NCBI GenBank assembly: GCA_028534125.1
Contig: CM052818.1
Span: 19,346,001-19,410,000 of the forward strand
DNA: 64,000 nucleotides
Direction: 5' to 3'
Source of the DNA: Lama glama
Taxonomy: Eukaryota
Of this stretch, positions 38,910 through 50,972 are shown piece after piece. The position numbers were made by a program, and so were the translations under genes. The notes beneath the pieces are model-generated. The model saw only the letters and a program-made list of their open reading frames with translations. It had not been told where the DNA came from and did no database searches. The stretch's first letter is position 1; each line of letters opens with the position of its first letter.

Positions 38910-39458
38910 GTTGCAGAGAACCCTGTTGGTGTTTAGCCAACATCCATTTTCCCATTGATTCATGTCTAACAGATCCCAATTTCTAGGGGATATTTACTCC
39001 TCCTTTTAAACTCAGTGGACAGTGACCCCCATCCCAGCTCTAAGAGTGGATTGTGGTTGGTCTATGCAAGTCACAGAAATCCTGCTCCCTTTCACCAGTA
39101 GTCCACTTGGGATTGGGCACGTGGCTCCTTCTGGCCAGTGAGATGAAGGGAGAAATTGTTGGGAAGCTCCTGGAAAAGAGACATGGAAAGAGACAGTCTG
39201 TCCTTCTTCAGTAAGATGTTGCCATGTCTGGAGTTGCTGTGGGCATCCTGCCACCCAGCCTGAGGATGGAGCCCACTCAAGGATGGCAGAGCAGGAGGGA
39301 AAGGATTCCTTGAGCTGCTGAATCAAATACTCTGAGCCTGCCCTTCCCCCACCCCTGAAGCTGTGCTATGAGAGATAGTAAATTCCCTTGCAGTTGAGGA
39401 TAGTTTTTTGAGTTGAGGTTTTTCGTCACTTGCTGACAAAAACATCATAGCTGATACA
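38910..39458 (+). mobile_element. MaLR LTR (MLT1K/L-like)
   Basis: ttctggccagtgagatgaaggg...gcatcctgccacc...gagctgctgaatcaa...atagctgataca terminus. Confidence 0.75.
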
Positions 39459-39775
39459 TCTTCTTTAACACTCAGTATTTGCACTGTTTGCCTGACACAT
39501 TATCACATATTGCCTTGTCATCTTTATTGCATTGTTGTCTTGGGTGTTATTTAACTTTTTCTGTGTTTATGTCTCATCTATGAAGTCACCATCAGCTCTT
39601 CTAGCCCACATAGGTCTTCTCTAAGTTCTTATAGAGCTTACAAATAGCAGTCAAATCTGTCATCCATTCATTCCAGAAATATTTATGAGCCCCTATGATG
39701 TGCCACACTCTGAGCAAGGGCTGAGGATACAGCAGTGAGCAAGACATAGTTCCCACCCCTACAGAGCTTATAGTC

Positions 39776-39965
39776 TGTTCTTGAGTGTTTGTTTCCTCCC
39801 CCAAATTCGTATGTTGAAACCCTAACCCCCAGTGTGATGGTATTAGGAGATGGGACCTTTGGGAGCTATTAAGGAGGTCATGAAGGTAGAGCCCTCATAA
39901 AGGGAATTAGCGCTCTTATAAAAGGGACCCCAGAGAGTTCTCTTGCCTTCTGTCAGTCATGTGAG
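39776..39965 (+). mobile_element. MLT1A/B-like LTR, 5' half
   Basis: ccccaaattcgtatgttgaaaccctaacccccagtgtgatggtattaggag...gcgctcttataaaagggaccccagagag. Confidence 0.85.
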
Positions 39966-40919
39966 TCAACAGTCCTCATAGTGCTTAATATAGCTGATTC
40001 CTAAATAAGCATTCAACAAATGCTAAATTAATGAAGGAGTGAATGTATAAATGGATGGATGGAGTTAAACAAACAGTTAAACATTTTCCTTCAACCTCTC
40101 CAGTTGGGAAATTACAAATGAATCTTTCTCTTGCTGCCAGAATCCTCACAGGCAGGCCTTGGGAAGAAAGGCTTTCTTCAAAAGTGAATGTCCGTGGGGA
40201 GTTCCCTGAGCCTTGGCCCTCAGAATGGTACCCTGACACCCTTATTGCCAAAGCTGGCTTCATCTTTCTGGTGGAGAGGTCTGAAGGAGGGGAGATCCTA
40301 GGGTTCCCAGGCACATGTGGCCCTGAGCTTTCCAGGCTGGAGCCCCACCTCTCCCTCCTCCTCTATTACACTGCTTGGTGGCTGAGTAACCCTCGTGGAT
40401 TACAGCCCAGGAGCTCTGGTCCTTCTCTCTTCCCCCCATGATGGCTTCCTTTGACCCAAGAGACAGAATGTGCACCTGCTAATGGTCTGGAAGTGCTCTC
40501 TCTTGTTGGCCCAGACTCCCAGGAGGTCTTGAGAGAGGCAGAAGCCTGGAGAGAGAACACAGGCTGCTCACTCACTCGTGGGGTCTAAATTCTGGAAATA
40601 CTGAGCAGGCATGTGCCTGAGCTGGTCTAGATGACAGCCAGCAAGGTTGCTGAGGATTCTTTAAGTGGGTTGTTAGAACCCAGACCTTGGGAGGCAGGCA
40701 GGGAGGAGAAGCTCAGGCAGGATGCATTGAGTCTTCTGTGATGTGTCCCTTGAAAATCAATCAGCCATGCCTATTTGCAGGCAGAAGTGAGGCCTTGTCT
40801 GCAGCTGAACATAGAGCTGGCTTTGCACCCAAACTGATCTGTGCTCAAATGCCAGCTGCCCTCAGGTGTGACTCGGGCTGGTCTTTACCATCTCTGAGCC
40901 TCCAAGTGTTGCAAAGGAG

Positions 40920-41060
40920 CAGGACCAATTGTGTAACTGGTGGGGCTAATGCAACATGGAAATGTGGGGGAGGCGGCCCTGTTCAAAATTATTAAGAATT
41001 CCAAGATGCTGAGAGGAGGGTCTTAAACCAAGCACAGGGTCCATCTATGCACCAGGCCCT
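40920..41060. mobile_element. MER45A-like hAT-Tip100 MITE
   Basis: caggacc...gccctgttcaaaattattaagaattccaagatg...ttaaaccaagcacaggg...ggccctg. Confidence 0.7.
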
Positions 41061-41160
41061 GCAGAGGGGTTACTCGAGAAAAGTTGAGTTGGGGGAGAGT
41101 CTGCACCAGCAACTGTTCTCAAGGTAACCACCGACCCTGGGTCATAAAGGCAAGGGTTTT

Positions 41161-41614
41161 CATAAAAAGGAATGACATGATGTCATTGGCAGTAACATGG
41201 ATGGATCTAGAAATTATCATACTAAGTGAAGTAAGTCAGTCAGAGAAAGACAAATATCATATGATATCACTTATATGTGGACTCTAAAAAAAGACACAAA
41301 CTTATTTATAAAACAGAAAGAGATTCATAGACATAGAAAACAAACTTATGGTTATGGGGGAGAGGGGAAGGGTAAATTGGGAGTTTGGGATTGGCAGATA
41401 GAAACTACTATGTAGAGAATAGATAAACAACAAGGCCCTACTGTATAGCACAGGGAACTGTACTCAATGGCTTGTAGTAACCTGCAATGAAAAATAATAT
41501 GAAAAACAATATAGGTATATATTATAACTGAATCACTATGCTGTATACCAGAAACTAATACAACATTGTAAATTAACTATACTTCAACTTTAAAAAGTGG
41601 GAAATTAAAAAAAA
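41161..41614 (+). mobile_element. 5'-truncated L1 3' end (artiodactyl type)
   Basis: Encodes the ORF2 tail WMDLEIIILSEVSQSEKDKYHMISLICGL, then 3'UTR and A-tail. Degenerate TSD ataaag(a)gca(a/g)ggg(t/c)ttt. Confidence 0.92.
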
Positions 41615-42037
41615 ATAAAGAGCAGGGGCTTTATCTTCCTTGGGTCTCCTTCCTGGGACCCAGAGGTGCTCACTACTGACTGGATGAAAGTGAAGGGGGT
41701 TTTAATTTTGTTGGCCTTGGGATAGAAGCTGCCTTCCTGTGTATGGAGTGGATTCAAAATGAGGGAGGCCATGTCAGAGGTCACAAGGCCAAGACACCTC
41801 AAGGTGGCTATTTGTCCCAGTGCCTTTTGGTTTAAGTAAAGTCACCCAGGAAGCCCCCTTTAGAGTGTAAATTCACCTCAGTACCAATGACAAAGTAACA
41901 CATCACCCTGTTGGTAAGAAAGCAGCTACAGGATCTTTGGCAATGAGCCTTCAAGGGAGCTAATTCAGAGCCAATGTGGAGTATTTAAAAGTCCTTGGAT
42001 AGCAAGCCTTTATTTAAATGTTGAAACATACTTTATA

Positions 42038-43650
42038 ATTTTTTAATGTTTTTTATTGATTTATAATCATTTTACAATGTTGTGTCAAATTCCAGTGTTC
42101 AGCACAATTTTTCAGTCATACATGGAGATACACACTCATTGTCACATTTTTTTCTCTGTGAGCTACCATAATATTTTGTGTATATTCCCTGTGCTATACA
42201 GTATAATCTTGTTTATCTATTCTACAATTTTGAAATCCCAGTCTATCCCTTTCCACCCTCCACCCCCCTGGTAACCACAAGTCTGTATTCTATGTCTATG
42301 AGTCTATTTTTGTCCTGTATTTATGCTTTGTTTTTGTTTGTTTTTGTTTTTGTTTTTTAGATTCCACATATGAGCGATCTCATATGGTATTTTTCTTTCT
42401 CTTTCTGGCTTACTTCACTTAGAATGACATTCTCCAGGAGCATCCATGTTGCTGCAAATGGCATTATGTTGTTGGTTTTTATGGCTGAGTAGTATTCCAT
42501 TGTATAAATATACCACTTCTTCTTTATCCAGTCACCTGTTGATGGACATTTAGGCTGTTNNNNNNNNNNNNNNNNNNNNNNNNNNNNNNNNNNNNNNNNN
42601 NNNNNNNNNNNNNNNNNNNNNNNNNNNNNNNNNNNNNNNNNNNNNNNNNNNNNNNNNNNNNNNNNNNNNNNNNNNNNNNNNNNNNNNNNNNNNNNNNNNN
42701 NNNNNNNNNNNNNNNNNNNNNNNNNNNNNNNNNNNNNNNNNNNNNNNNNNNNNNNNNNNNNNNNNNNNNNNNNNNNNNNNNNNNNNNNNNNNNNNNNNNN
42801 NNNNNNNNNNNNNNNNNNNNNNNNNNNNNNNNNNNNNNNNNNNNNNNNNNNNNNNNNNNNNNNNNNNNNNNNNNNNNNNNNNNNNNNNNNNNNNNNNNNN
42901 NNNNNNNNNNNNNNNNNNNNNNNNNNNNNNNNNNNNNNNNNNNNNNNNNNNNNNNNNNNNNNNNNNNNNNNNNNNNNNNNNNNNNNNNNNNNNNNNNNNN
43001 NNNNNNNNNNNNNNNNNNNNNNNNNNNNNNNNNNNNNNNNNNNNNNNNNNNNNNNNNNNCCTGTTGATGGACATTTAGGCTGTTTCCATGTTTTGGCTAT
43101 TGTAAATAGTGCTGCTATGAACATTGGGGTGCAGGTGTCATCCTGAATTAGGGTTCCTTCTGGATACAAGCCCAGGAGTGGGATTCCTGTGTCATACGGT
43201 AAGTCTATTCCTAGTCTTTTGAGGAATCTCCACACTGTTTTCCATAGTGGCTGCACCAAACTGTATTCCCACCAGCAGTGTAGGGGGCTTCCCCTTTCTC
43301 CACAGCCTCTCCAGCATTTGTCATTTGTGGATTTTTGAATGACGGCCATTCTGACTGGTGTGAGGTGATACCTCATTGTAGTTTTGATTTGCATTTCTCT
43401 GATAATTAGTGATACTGAGCATTTTTTCATGTGCCTTTTGATCATTTGTATGTCTTCCTTGGAGAATTGTTTGTTTAGGTCTTCTGCCCATTTTTGGATT
43501 GGGTTGTTTATTTTTTTCTTATTGAGTCATATGAGCTGCTTATATATTCTGGAGATCAAGCCTTTGTCGGTTTCATTTGCAAAAATTTTCTCCCATTCCG
43601 TAGGTTGTCTTCTTGTTTTACTTATGGTTTCCTTTGCTGTGCAGAAGTTT
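42038..43650 (-). mobile_element. Young 5'-truncated L1 (ORF2 C-terminal ~260 aa plus 3'UTR) spanning an assembly gap
   Basis: Translation NFCTAKETI...[16 protein letters not shown]...[22 protein letters not shown]...YHMRSLICGI. One in-frame TGA at 43527-43529. The zinc-knuckle CWWEC reads CWWEY here. Confidence 0.95.
42560..43059. other. Assembly gap, 500 N
   Basis: Direct reading. The flanks share a 25-bp overlap. Confidence 0.99.
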
Positions 43651-43985
43651 ATTATTGTTTTAATTGAAGTATATTCAGTTTACAATGTGTTAATTTCTGG
43701 TGTACAGCATAGTGATTCAGTTGTATGCATATATATTCCTTTTCATATTTTTCATTACAAGCCTTTACAAGGTATTGAATATAGGTCCGTGTGTTATACA
43801 GTAGGTCCTTGGTGTTTATCTATTTTGTATATAGTAGTTAGTATCTACAAATCTCAAACTCCCAATGTATCCCTCCCCACCCCCTTTGCCTCTGGTAACC
43901 AAAAATTTGTTTTCTATGTCTGAGTCTGTCTCTGTTTTGTAAATAAATAAGTTCATTTGTGTCCTTTTTTTTTTTTTAGATTCGC
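43651..43985 (-). mobile_element. Older artiodactyl-type L1 3' end
   Basis: ttttaattgaagtatattcagtttacaatgtg...ttttagattc. TSD aaacatacttta (42024-42035, 43987-43998) brackets this element and the younger L1 together. Confidence 0.9.
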
Positions 43986-45589
43986 AAAACATACTTTAAC
44001 TTGAATAGAAAAGCTCAGTTTTGTAAAAGTGAAAATTTTTTCCTAAATGAATCTGTTAATTCAATGTCATTCTAATCAAATATCAACAGAATTATCTCTG
44101 TTTTAAAGCTGGCAGAAATAGTATTAAGATTGATTTGGAAAAATAAACTTGGGAGGAGAACCAGGAAAATTCCAAAAAACCTTTTTTTTTTTTTAAATTA
44201 AGAAGGTAGGACTTTAGATATTAAAGTACATTTTCAAGGGCACATAAAGGGACCCCTGGACCCCCTTCAGCTCGAGCATGTCCAGAGGATGGTCCTCTTT
44301 ATTCCTGTAGTCTTGGCCACTAAGCTCCTGCACTAAGGCTCGGAGGTTGTGTTGCTTGGACCCCAGTCCACTCTGGCTGCTCTGCCTGGGTCTGGACAGG
44401 GCATTCCAGGAAGCCAGACGAATCTTCTACTGGTTACACACAGACACATAGGGGGCTTCAACTCAGAGCCTTGTTGCAAAACCTCCTCTCCCTCAAATAA
44501 AACTCATAAAGAAATCTGCACCAGTTCCTGGTACCTGGCCTCACCCTCATCCCAGAGGCTAGGAGAGTCATCAGGCCAAGGGAGGTCTTGAGTAGGAAGG
44601 CAGGCTGCTGCTCCAGGCACTGTCAACACGTGGAACTAGCCTCCTCTTGGTTATTGGGTGTGGTACACACACTGGCTATGACCCCAGTCCTTGTGCTTTG
44701 TTTTCCTTGACTGTCTCCACCCAAAATCCAAAGCATTAATATAAAGGATGAGGAACAGTCAGGATCAACCTGTGGTTTAGGGGAAAGCTGAATTGATTGA
44801 GACTGGGTGTGACATTTCCCTGCGTGTTGGTGGCCTGTCCTCCCTCAAATGTCTCTCCAGTCCCCCTCATTCTCATAGAGAACTGAGAGTGAGGACTATT
44901 CCAGAAAGTAGTGGGGATCTCATGCGTGGACATCCTTAGTCCCTCCAGTATCCTTCATGGTAGCCCTGGGCTTCAGGTCACTTGTGTCTCTATGAATTTG
45001 CTTTGGGGAAAAATGAGTATGGAGTAAGTATTGGAAGCAAAATACACGGCAGCAGTTTCTTTCCCTTTCAGAATCCATTCTTTGTTTTTGGCCAAATACT
45101 GGGCATTCAAAGCAAATTGCCTTTTGTCTCAACTGGAAGCAGACTTTGGTAGGCCTGGGATGGATTTCTCATCTTCTCTCCCTGCATCTGACTCAGGACT
45201 AGTGGATGGAGTCATTGCAGGGGCCTGGGAGACAAAAAGCAAATTTCCTGGAGGTATCAGCCCTGCCCCCAGCAGAAGTCTGAGTGGGGTCTAGTGTGTT
45301 GACACTCACTGGCTGATACTGAGATCAGCTGTCACTGCAGACAGAGCTGTTACTTATTTTCATGCTGCAGCATAAACTGAGAGGCTGCAAGTGCAGCTTC
45401 CAGCAGGGGCTGGAGCTCAGGGCTCTTAATAGGTTCTTAGAACAGGCCTGCAGAGACTGGCTTCCGGGGAGTCGGAAGGGCTGGGGGCCTCAGGCTCAGC
45501 ACCACACCCCTCCTCCCAGCCCCCGCCTGCTGCATTGCACCACTGATTCAGTGAAGACATCATCCTCACCCTCTTCTCCTAGAGGCTGG

Positions 45590-45775
45590 CAGCTCTGCTC
45601 TGACAATTAGCCTAGCTGCTGCAGAGAAGTGCTCATCCCCACCGACATATGGCTTTTTAAAGTGATCAATTGCATTAGCAAATTTCTTATTAGCTCCGCT
45701 GTCAGGAGGGAGCTCCTGCCACATTAGCTTGCTGAGGCTGATGCATAACTTCCGGCCGTTAATTACCATGCCAAG
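45590..45775. promoter_or_regulatory. Candidate conserved non-coding element
   Basis: Non-repetitive, with clustered TGACA (TALE-type), CAATTA/ATTAG and TTAATTA motifs and retained CpGs. Confidence 0.45.
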
Positions 45776-48269
45776 GGCTAAGGGGATTCAGAGGCTGGTG
45801 GAGGCCCTTTTTCTCTGTCTCCCTCCCATTGTGGGGAAAATTGGGGACACTGGGGCTTGGTGTTGAGCTTCTGCACTTTGGGCTCCTGATCCTGGAAGGT
45901 AGGACCCAGGATGTCCAGATACCATCTGGGTTGGCCTAGGTTGCGTTCTCCCTCCAGACCTCTGGGATTTTGGCAGCTTAGAATCTGCACAGCTTCTCTT
46001 TTGGAGCTGCATGTTCGAGGCAGAGGCTGGACTGTATCCCAGAAAGGTGCTCTGGCCTCTCCTTGGTGGGGTTCAAGGCCACTGATTCTCCTCATGCCTC
46101 CTCCCCTCACTCCAGACAGCTGAAGAGCCTCCTCCTTGAAGGTGACATCATGTCTCCTGCTCAGATCTTCTCTTGGTGACTATCCAAAGAACTGCATAAT
46201 CAGGATGTTCAACCCCCGACTTCCATGGGCGCAGGCTTCCTTTTTGGCCGAGGAATTGCATAAAAGTCACATGCATCAGGGAGCAAAATGAGACGAGGCA
46301 CATTTCAATTTCTTGCTTTACCCATTGCCCCAATCTAGTAACTATTTGAAGGGTCTCTCCTTTGAGAATCAGACAGAACAAATAGATCTTTATCCACAGG
46401 AAAAATGCTTATGCTCATACTCGTGCATTCAGTTTGGGGACCCTCTGCAGCCCGTTTATAAAACCGTTTTCTAAATGTCCTTCCTAAGCTCATGGGAGCA
46501 GCTGATTTCTGGCAAGGGGTCAAGTAACCCCCTGCCACAAGAGCTGAATTAGTCTTCTAAAACAACATCAAAGCCAGCGCCCTGGGGCATCCCCAGGCCA
46601 TTTGGGTGAAGGCTACAAAATGCAATTGCATCATTCCTTGGGTTACATTAGACGTGGCCAGACTGAGAAATGGGCTCAGGGAAGCACTGACTTTGTGGTT
46701 AGGTCTGCATTAACTGCTCCTTCTGAGAAATCAGTTCCTGTGGCTGGGAGGCTCCTTGTCCTGGTGTGTTCCTGCTGAGAAGGGAGGTGGGAAAGAGGAG
46801 GAGGAAGCAGAGACTGCGACAGAAAAAAGAGAAGATTCTGAAATGGGTACGGGGGAGGCTGTGTGTGTGGGGAGAGAGAGAGAAGGGGGTGGGGAAAAGC
46901 GCTGAATTCCTCCTTATTCAGCCTAAGGATGCTTGAGATGGAATCTCAGAAAAATGGTGAGGATGGATTTGCACTCTTTCACTTACAGGGCTTCAAATTC
47001 TGCATTATTTGGGGCTGGCCTTTAGGAAATCCCCAAAGGAGAATAGAAAGGTGGAAAGAGCATGTGAGGTGGCTACCAAATTACTCTCCAGGGTCCCAGG
47101 TTGTTTCCATGACTCCCTGAGGAAAGCAGAAGGGCAAATCTGCTGTGATAAGATAAGACCCAGCTGGATTCTTTTGAGGGATGGAAGGTACTGATAACCA
47201 ACATGGATGCCTCCTTCTCTGAATTTAGGAGCCTGATCTTGACTTTAGCCCAGGTCCAGGATACAGCCTCAGCCTCAGGACTGTAGCCTGTCTGGGGTCT
47301 ACCCCACCCCACCGTTTCCTCCCCTCTCCAGGTTGGTGCAGTCATGAGCTAGGCTTTTGCTTCAACCTTAGCCTAGCATCTGCCCAGTTTCCCAATCTTC
47401 TTCCGGGATGGCCCCGCTTGGGATCCAGCCCCACCGGTCCAACCTGCTCACCATCCTTTCGGGCATGTAGTCCCCTGTCCCAGCAGGTCTGCTTCAGCCC
47501 TGACACTTGGCCCACTCCCAGGGGCCCCTCCTTGGCTTTCTAGGTCCACACCACAGCACTCCTTCCTTCTCTAGCTCCATGTTCCAGAAACTGGGGCATG
47601 ACAGGCCACCCCCTGCTAGTATCCCCCTTGCTCCTCCCTCACTCTCAGGGCAAACATCCATCTGGTCACCGAGGGTGGGGGAAACAGAGATGTTGAAAGG
47701 GGGTCAGGATTTTGTGAGCTGGGGAAGAGACTACTCAGGCTGATTTGGTTTCTCTGAGGACCGTTGGTCCTGGGTTTGAGGCTATCTTCTCCCTACCCAT
47801 GAGGAATTAGGCCAAGATTAGGCCCTGAAGCAGAGGGGCTGGTTCAGAGGATGAAGAGCCCTGTTGGCTGCCAAGATGAAATTCTGCAGAGGCTCATGGG
47901 TGAAAGGAAAGGAACCATGCCTGGAAATGTTCTCCAAACGTTTACCTTCTGTCCTGCGTGTCCTCTGCATTTCTGGGATTCAGGGACTGCCTGCTCTGGC
48001 TGCCCCATCCCCTGCCTCTCGCTGGCTTGGTCCCTGTTTTATGAAGTTAGATACTCTTTTCCTGAGTGGTGGGGAAGAGCAGTGTCAGGGGCCCAGCAAT
48101 GTTGGACACATGGACCATGGTTCTCTAAGAACTTAACTTACTTTCGGAAAAGAATTTGAAGTGGGGAAAACTGACCCCCCCACCACGCTCTCTGTCCTAA
48201 GACCCCTGTTCCCCACAACAACTATGGCTCCAAGGAGAGGAGAGGACACAGCTAACTAAAGTGGCCTTG

Positions 48270-48510
48270 CTTCCCCACCCACATGTCTCTCTGTCCCTTC
48301 CTGAGTTTTATTTTTGTCACAGCACCTATCACGATCTTTAGTTTATGTGTGTATTTGTTGACTAGGTATTGTTTGTCTCTCTCTGTGACCCCCTCCTCCA
48401 CTCCCCATGAGAGTGGGACCTGGTCTTGTCCATCACCACGCCCCCAGCACCCTGCAGTGTCTGGCCCGCAGTGAAGGTGTGCAGTCAATATTTGCTGATA
48501 TGATGAACAA
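48270..48510 (+). mobile_element. L2 LINE 3' end
   Basis: tttttgtcacagcacctatcac...ctccccatgagagtgggacc...ccccagcac...cagtcaatatttgctga. Confidence 0.75.
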
Positions 48511-49578
48511 CAGTTAGGACTGGGAGAGGAGGCCAGGACCAGGGAGGCCGTCAGTGAAGAAGGAGTTAAAGGGACATTTGGCACTGTCCTTTTCATTACC
48601 CTTCAGAGACTTTCCACAGCCAAGTGGATAAAGTCCAAATTTGTTATCCTGACATGCAAAGCCCCAAAGCGCCTTCCCAGGCTCATTTCTTGCCAGCCGT
48701 CCTTTAAGCCTCCAATGCTTCAGCTTCTCCAGATTGCTAACTGGTCTTCACATTCCCAAGTTCTTTCATGAGTGTCCTTATGCCAGTTCCCACCTGGGGT
48801 GCCTTTTGTCTATGCAATTAGGAATTATAATAGTTCCTTTTTATGGCAACTGTGAGGCTTGAAGTTTGTAGCATAGAACAAGCTCTTAGCACAGCACTTT
48901 GCTGGAACGAAGTCCTCACTAAATGCTGGTTCGAATCCTTCCCCTTCCTCTCTGTCTAGGGAACCCATCAGCACAGGGGGCCTCTCCTCCTGGAAGCCTC
49001 AGGCCCAGGTAGTCAAACTTCTGCCCAGAGCCCCTCAGTGCTTTATTCTTCTCACAGTTAGAGACCTGTCAGGGAGTCTGAGTCCCCAAACTGTCTCCCA
49101 GGACAGATGCATCTGTATCTCCTTTGTGCTTAACATACAGTAGGTGCTAAATAGTGTCTGTTGAACAATTAGAGCCAAGGTAGGCCTGGAGCCTGTGAGG
49201 TGTTGGGATTCTCCATCTTTTCAGGGCCAGAGCAGGTACATCTACTGATGTCGTTGGTAAGGAGGGTCAGTATCTGTGCCCTCCTGAGCTGGGAAACCTG
49301 GTCAGGGAGGGGCGGTGCCTCCCTCCTGCAGCCTAATCAACTATCTGGTACACAGGCCATGAAATCAGAATCCTCATGCCAAGCACCAAAGCCACATCCA
49401 ATTTTCCATCAATGAAATATTCAGCTGCTCCACGGCCACAGTCTGCTCTGGGCCTGGAAGGGAGGGGTTCCCTGCCTGCTCAGTGTCTGTCTCCCACTCC
49501 TCCCCTGCACACACCTTTGCTCAATCCCCAGACCAGGCCCTTTGTTATCCTGCCTCATACCTTTACTAATGCTCTGTG

Positions 49579-49678
49579 NNNNNNNNNNNNNNNNNNNNNN
49601 NNNNNNNNNNNNNNNNNNNNNNNNNNNNNNNNNNNNNNNNNNNNNNNNNNNNNNNNNNNNNNNNNNNNNNNNNNNNNN
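49579..49678. other. Assembly gap, 100 N
   Basis: Direct reading. Confidence 0.99.
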
Positions 49679-49894
49679 GGGGTTTTCAGGGACCTCTGCC
49701 TGGTTTGGAGCCCCAGAGCCTCCCTACTTTAACCAAAGACAATTCTCCAGTCTTGCTCCTACTCCAGACCAATTACTCTGCAGGGGCAGGGCAGGGCAGG
49801 GGACCTTTGGGGTCAAACATGCAGTGATGTCCAGCCACAGTGTGCTGCCTCTGGGCACACGATCGCTGCTGTTCAGTGTGTTAAGTTCTAGATT

Positions 49895-50345
49895 AAAGGA
49901 AACTAGAGACTAGAAATACACTGTGTGAATCTTGATTGAATCCTGGATTAAAAAAAAATCCATAAAGGATATTTTGGGAGAATCAGAGAAATTTAAATAC
50001 ATTCTGTAAGTTAGCTAATATTACTGTATCAATGTTAAATTTCTTAGGCATGATAATGATATTGTGGTTATGGAGGAATTGTTAGAGGAATGTCCTGGTT
50101 CTTAGGTATTTGGGGTGAAGTGTTAGGATATCTGTGACCTTCAAATGCATTTGCCAAAAGAAAGTATATAATACATAATATATATAAATGTATTTATATT
50201 TGTATATTTACATATTTATATAAGGAGAGGAAAAGAAAACAAATGGCAAAATGTTGATACTTGGTAAATCTAGAGGAAAGATGTATAGATTTTTCTGCAC
50301 TATCCTTTCAACTTTTCTCTAGGTTTGAAAATTTCCCAGTAAAGA
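49895..50345 (+). mobile_element. Old L1 (L1MC/ME-type) 3'UTR
   Basis: tgtatcaatgttaaatttctt...attgtggttatg...tggcaaaatgttgata...caacttttctctaggtttgaaaattt. Confidence 0.8.
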
Positions 50346-50844
50346 TTGAGAAGTTGAGCAAACAGGTTTTATAGAAAACGCCAGTAAATTATTATAAAAC
50401 TCATGCACTGAATGGCGGATCTGGGGTTTAATGCATGTTACAGTTCTAATGGGAGATAGCTATTTGAAGGAACCTGGAGTTAAACACTTTTTATCATATA
50501 TAAAATCTCTCCATCAAACTTATTTCCTTGTTGGCTCTACTTTAATTTTAGTGGGGTAGCTTAAGAGGGGGTCCATAGGGCCCCCGGATCTAAGGCAGCG
50601 TCTCCACTTTTCCACAGGAGTAATTCTATTTAGTTCTTTATTGGGGCTGCTTTCCCTTTGGCTACTGTGTAGTCAAAGTAATTCCCTGCCCCAGTCTCCA
50701 GGTTCCTAGGACACAAGGCTCAACATCTTTGTGGAATCGGGGAACCCTCTGTAGTCCCATGGTTTCTATGGTACAAGCAAAGCCCAGTATTACCCACAGG
50801 ATGGACAAAATGGTGAGAAGACCTTCAACTACCATGCCTGTGGG

Positions 50845-50972
50845 CCACCACGAGTCACCTAGGATGCTTGTTTAAAATGCCCCATGTCTACTGAGGTCCG
50901 GGCCTGGGAAGCTTCATTTTAACCAGCACTCCAGGTAACAATGCAGTGCACCAAAGTTTGAGAACCAACTCC
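50845..50972. mobile_element. MER5-like hAT-Charlie fragment
   Basis: gagtcacctaggatgcttgtttaaaatgc...cattttaaccagcactccaggt...caaagtttgagaacca. Confidence 0.7.

Noticed and set aside
42357..43445. 362-aa ORF as a host gene
   Set aside because: It is the L1 ORF2 C-terminus, with its length inflated by 500 Ns.
43384..43923. 179-aa hydrophobic ORF
   Set aside because: Antisense reading of L1 sequence.
45494..45515. REST/NRSE-like tcagcacc half site
   Set aside because: The right half (GGACAG) is absent.
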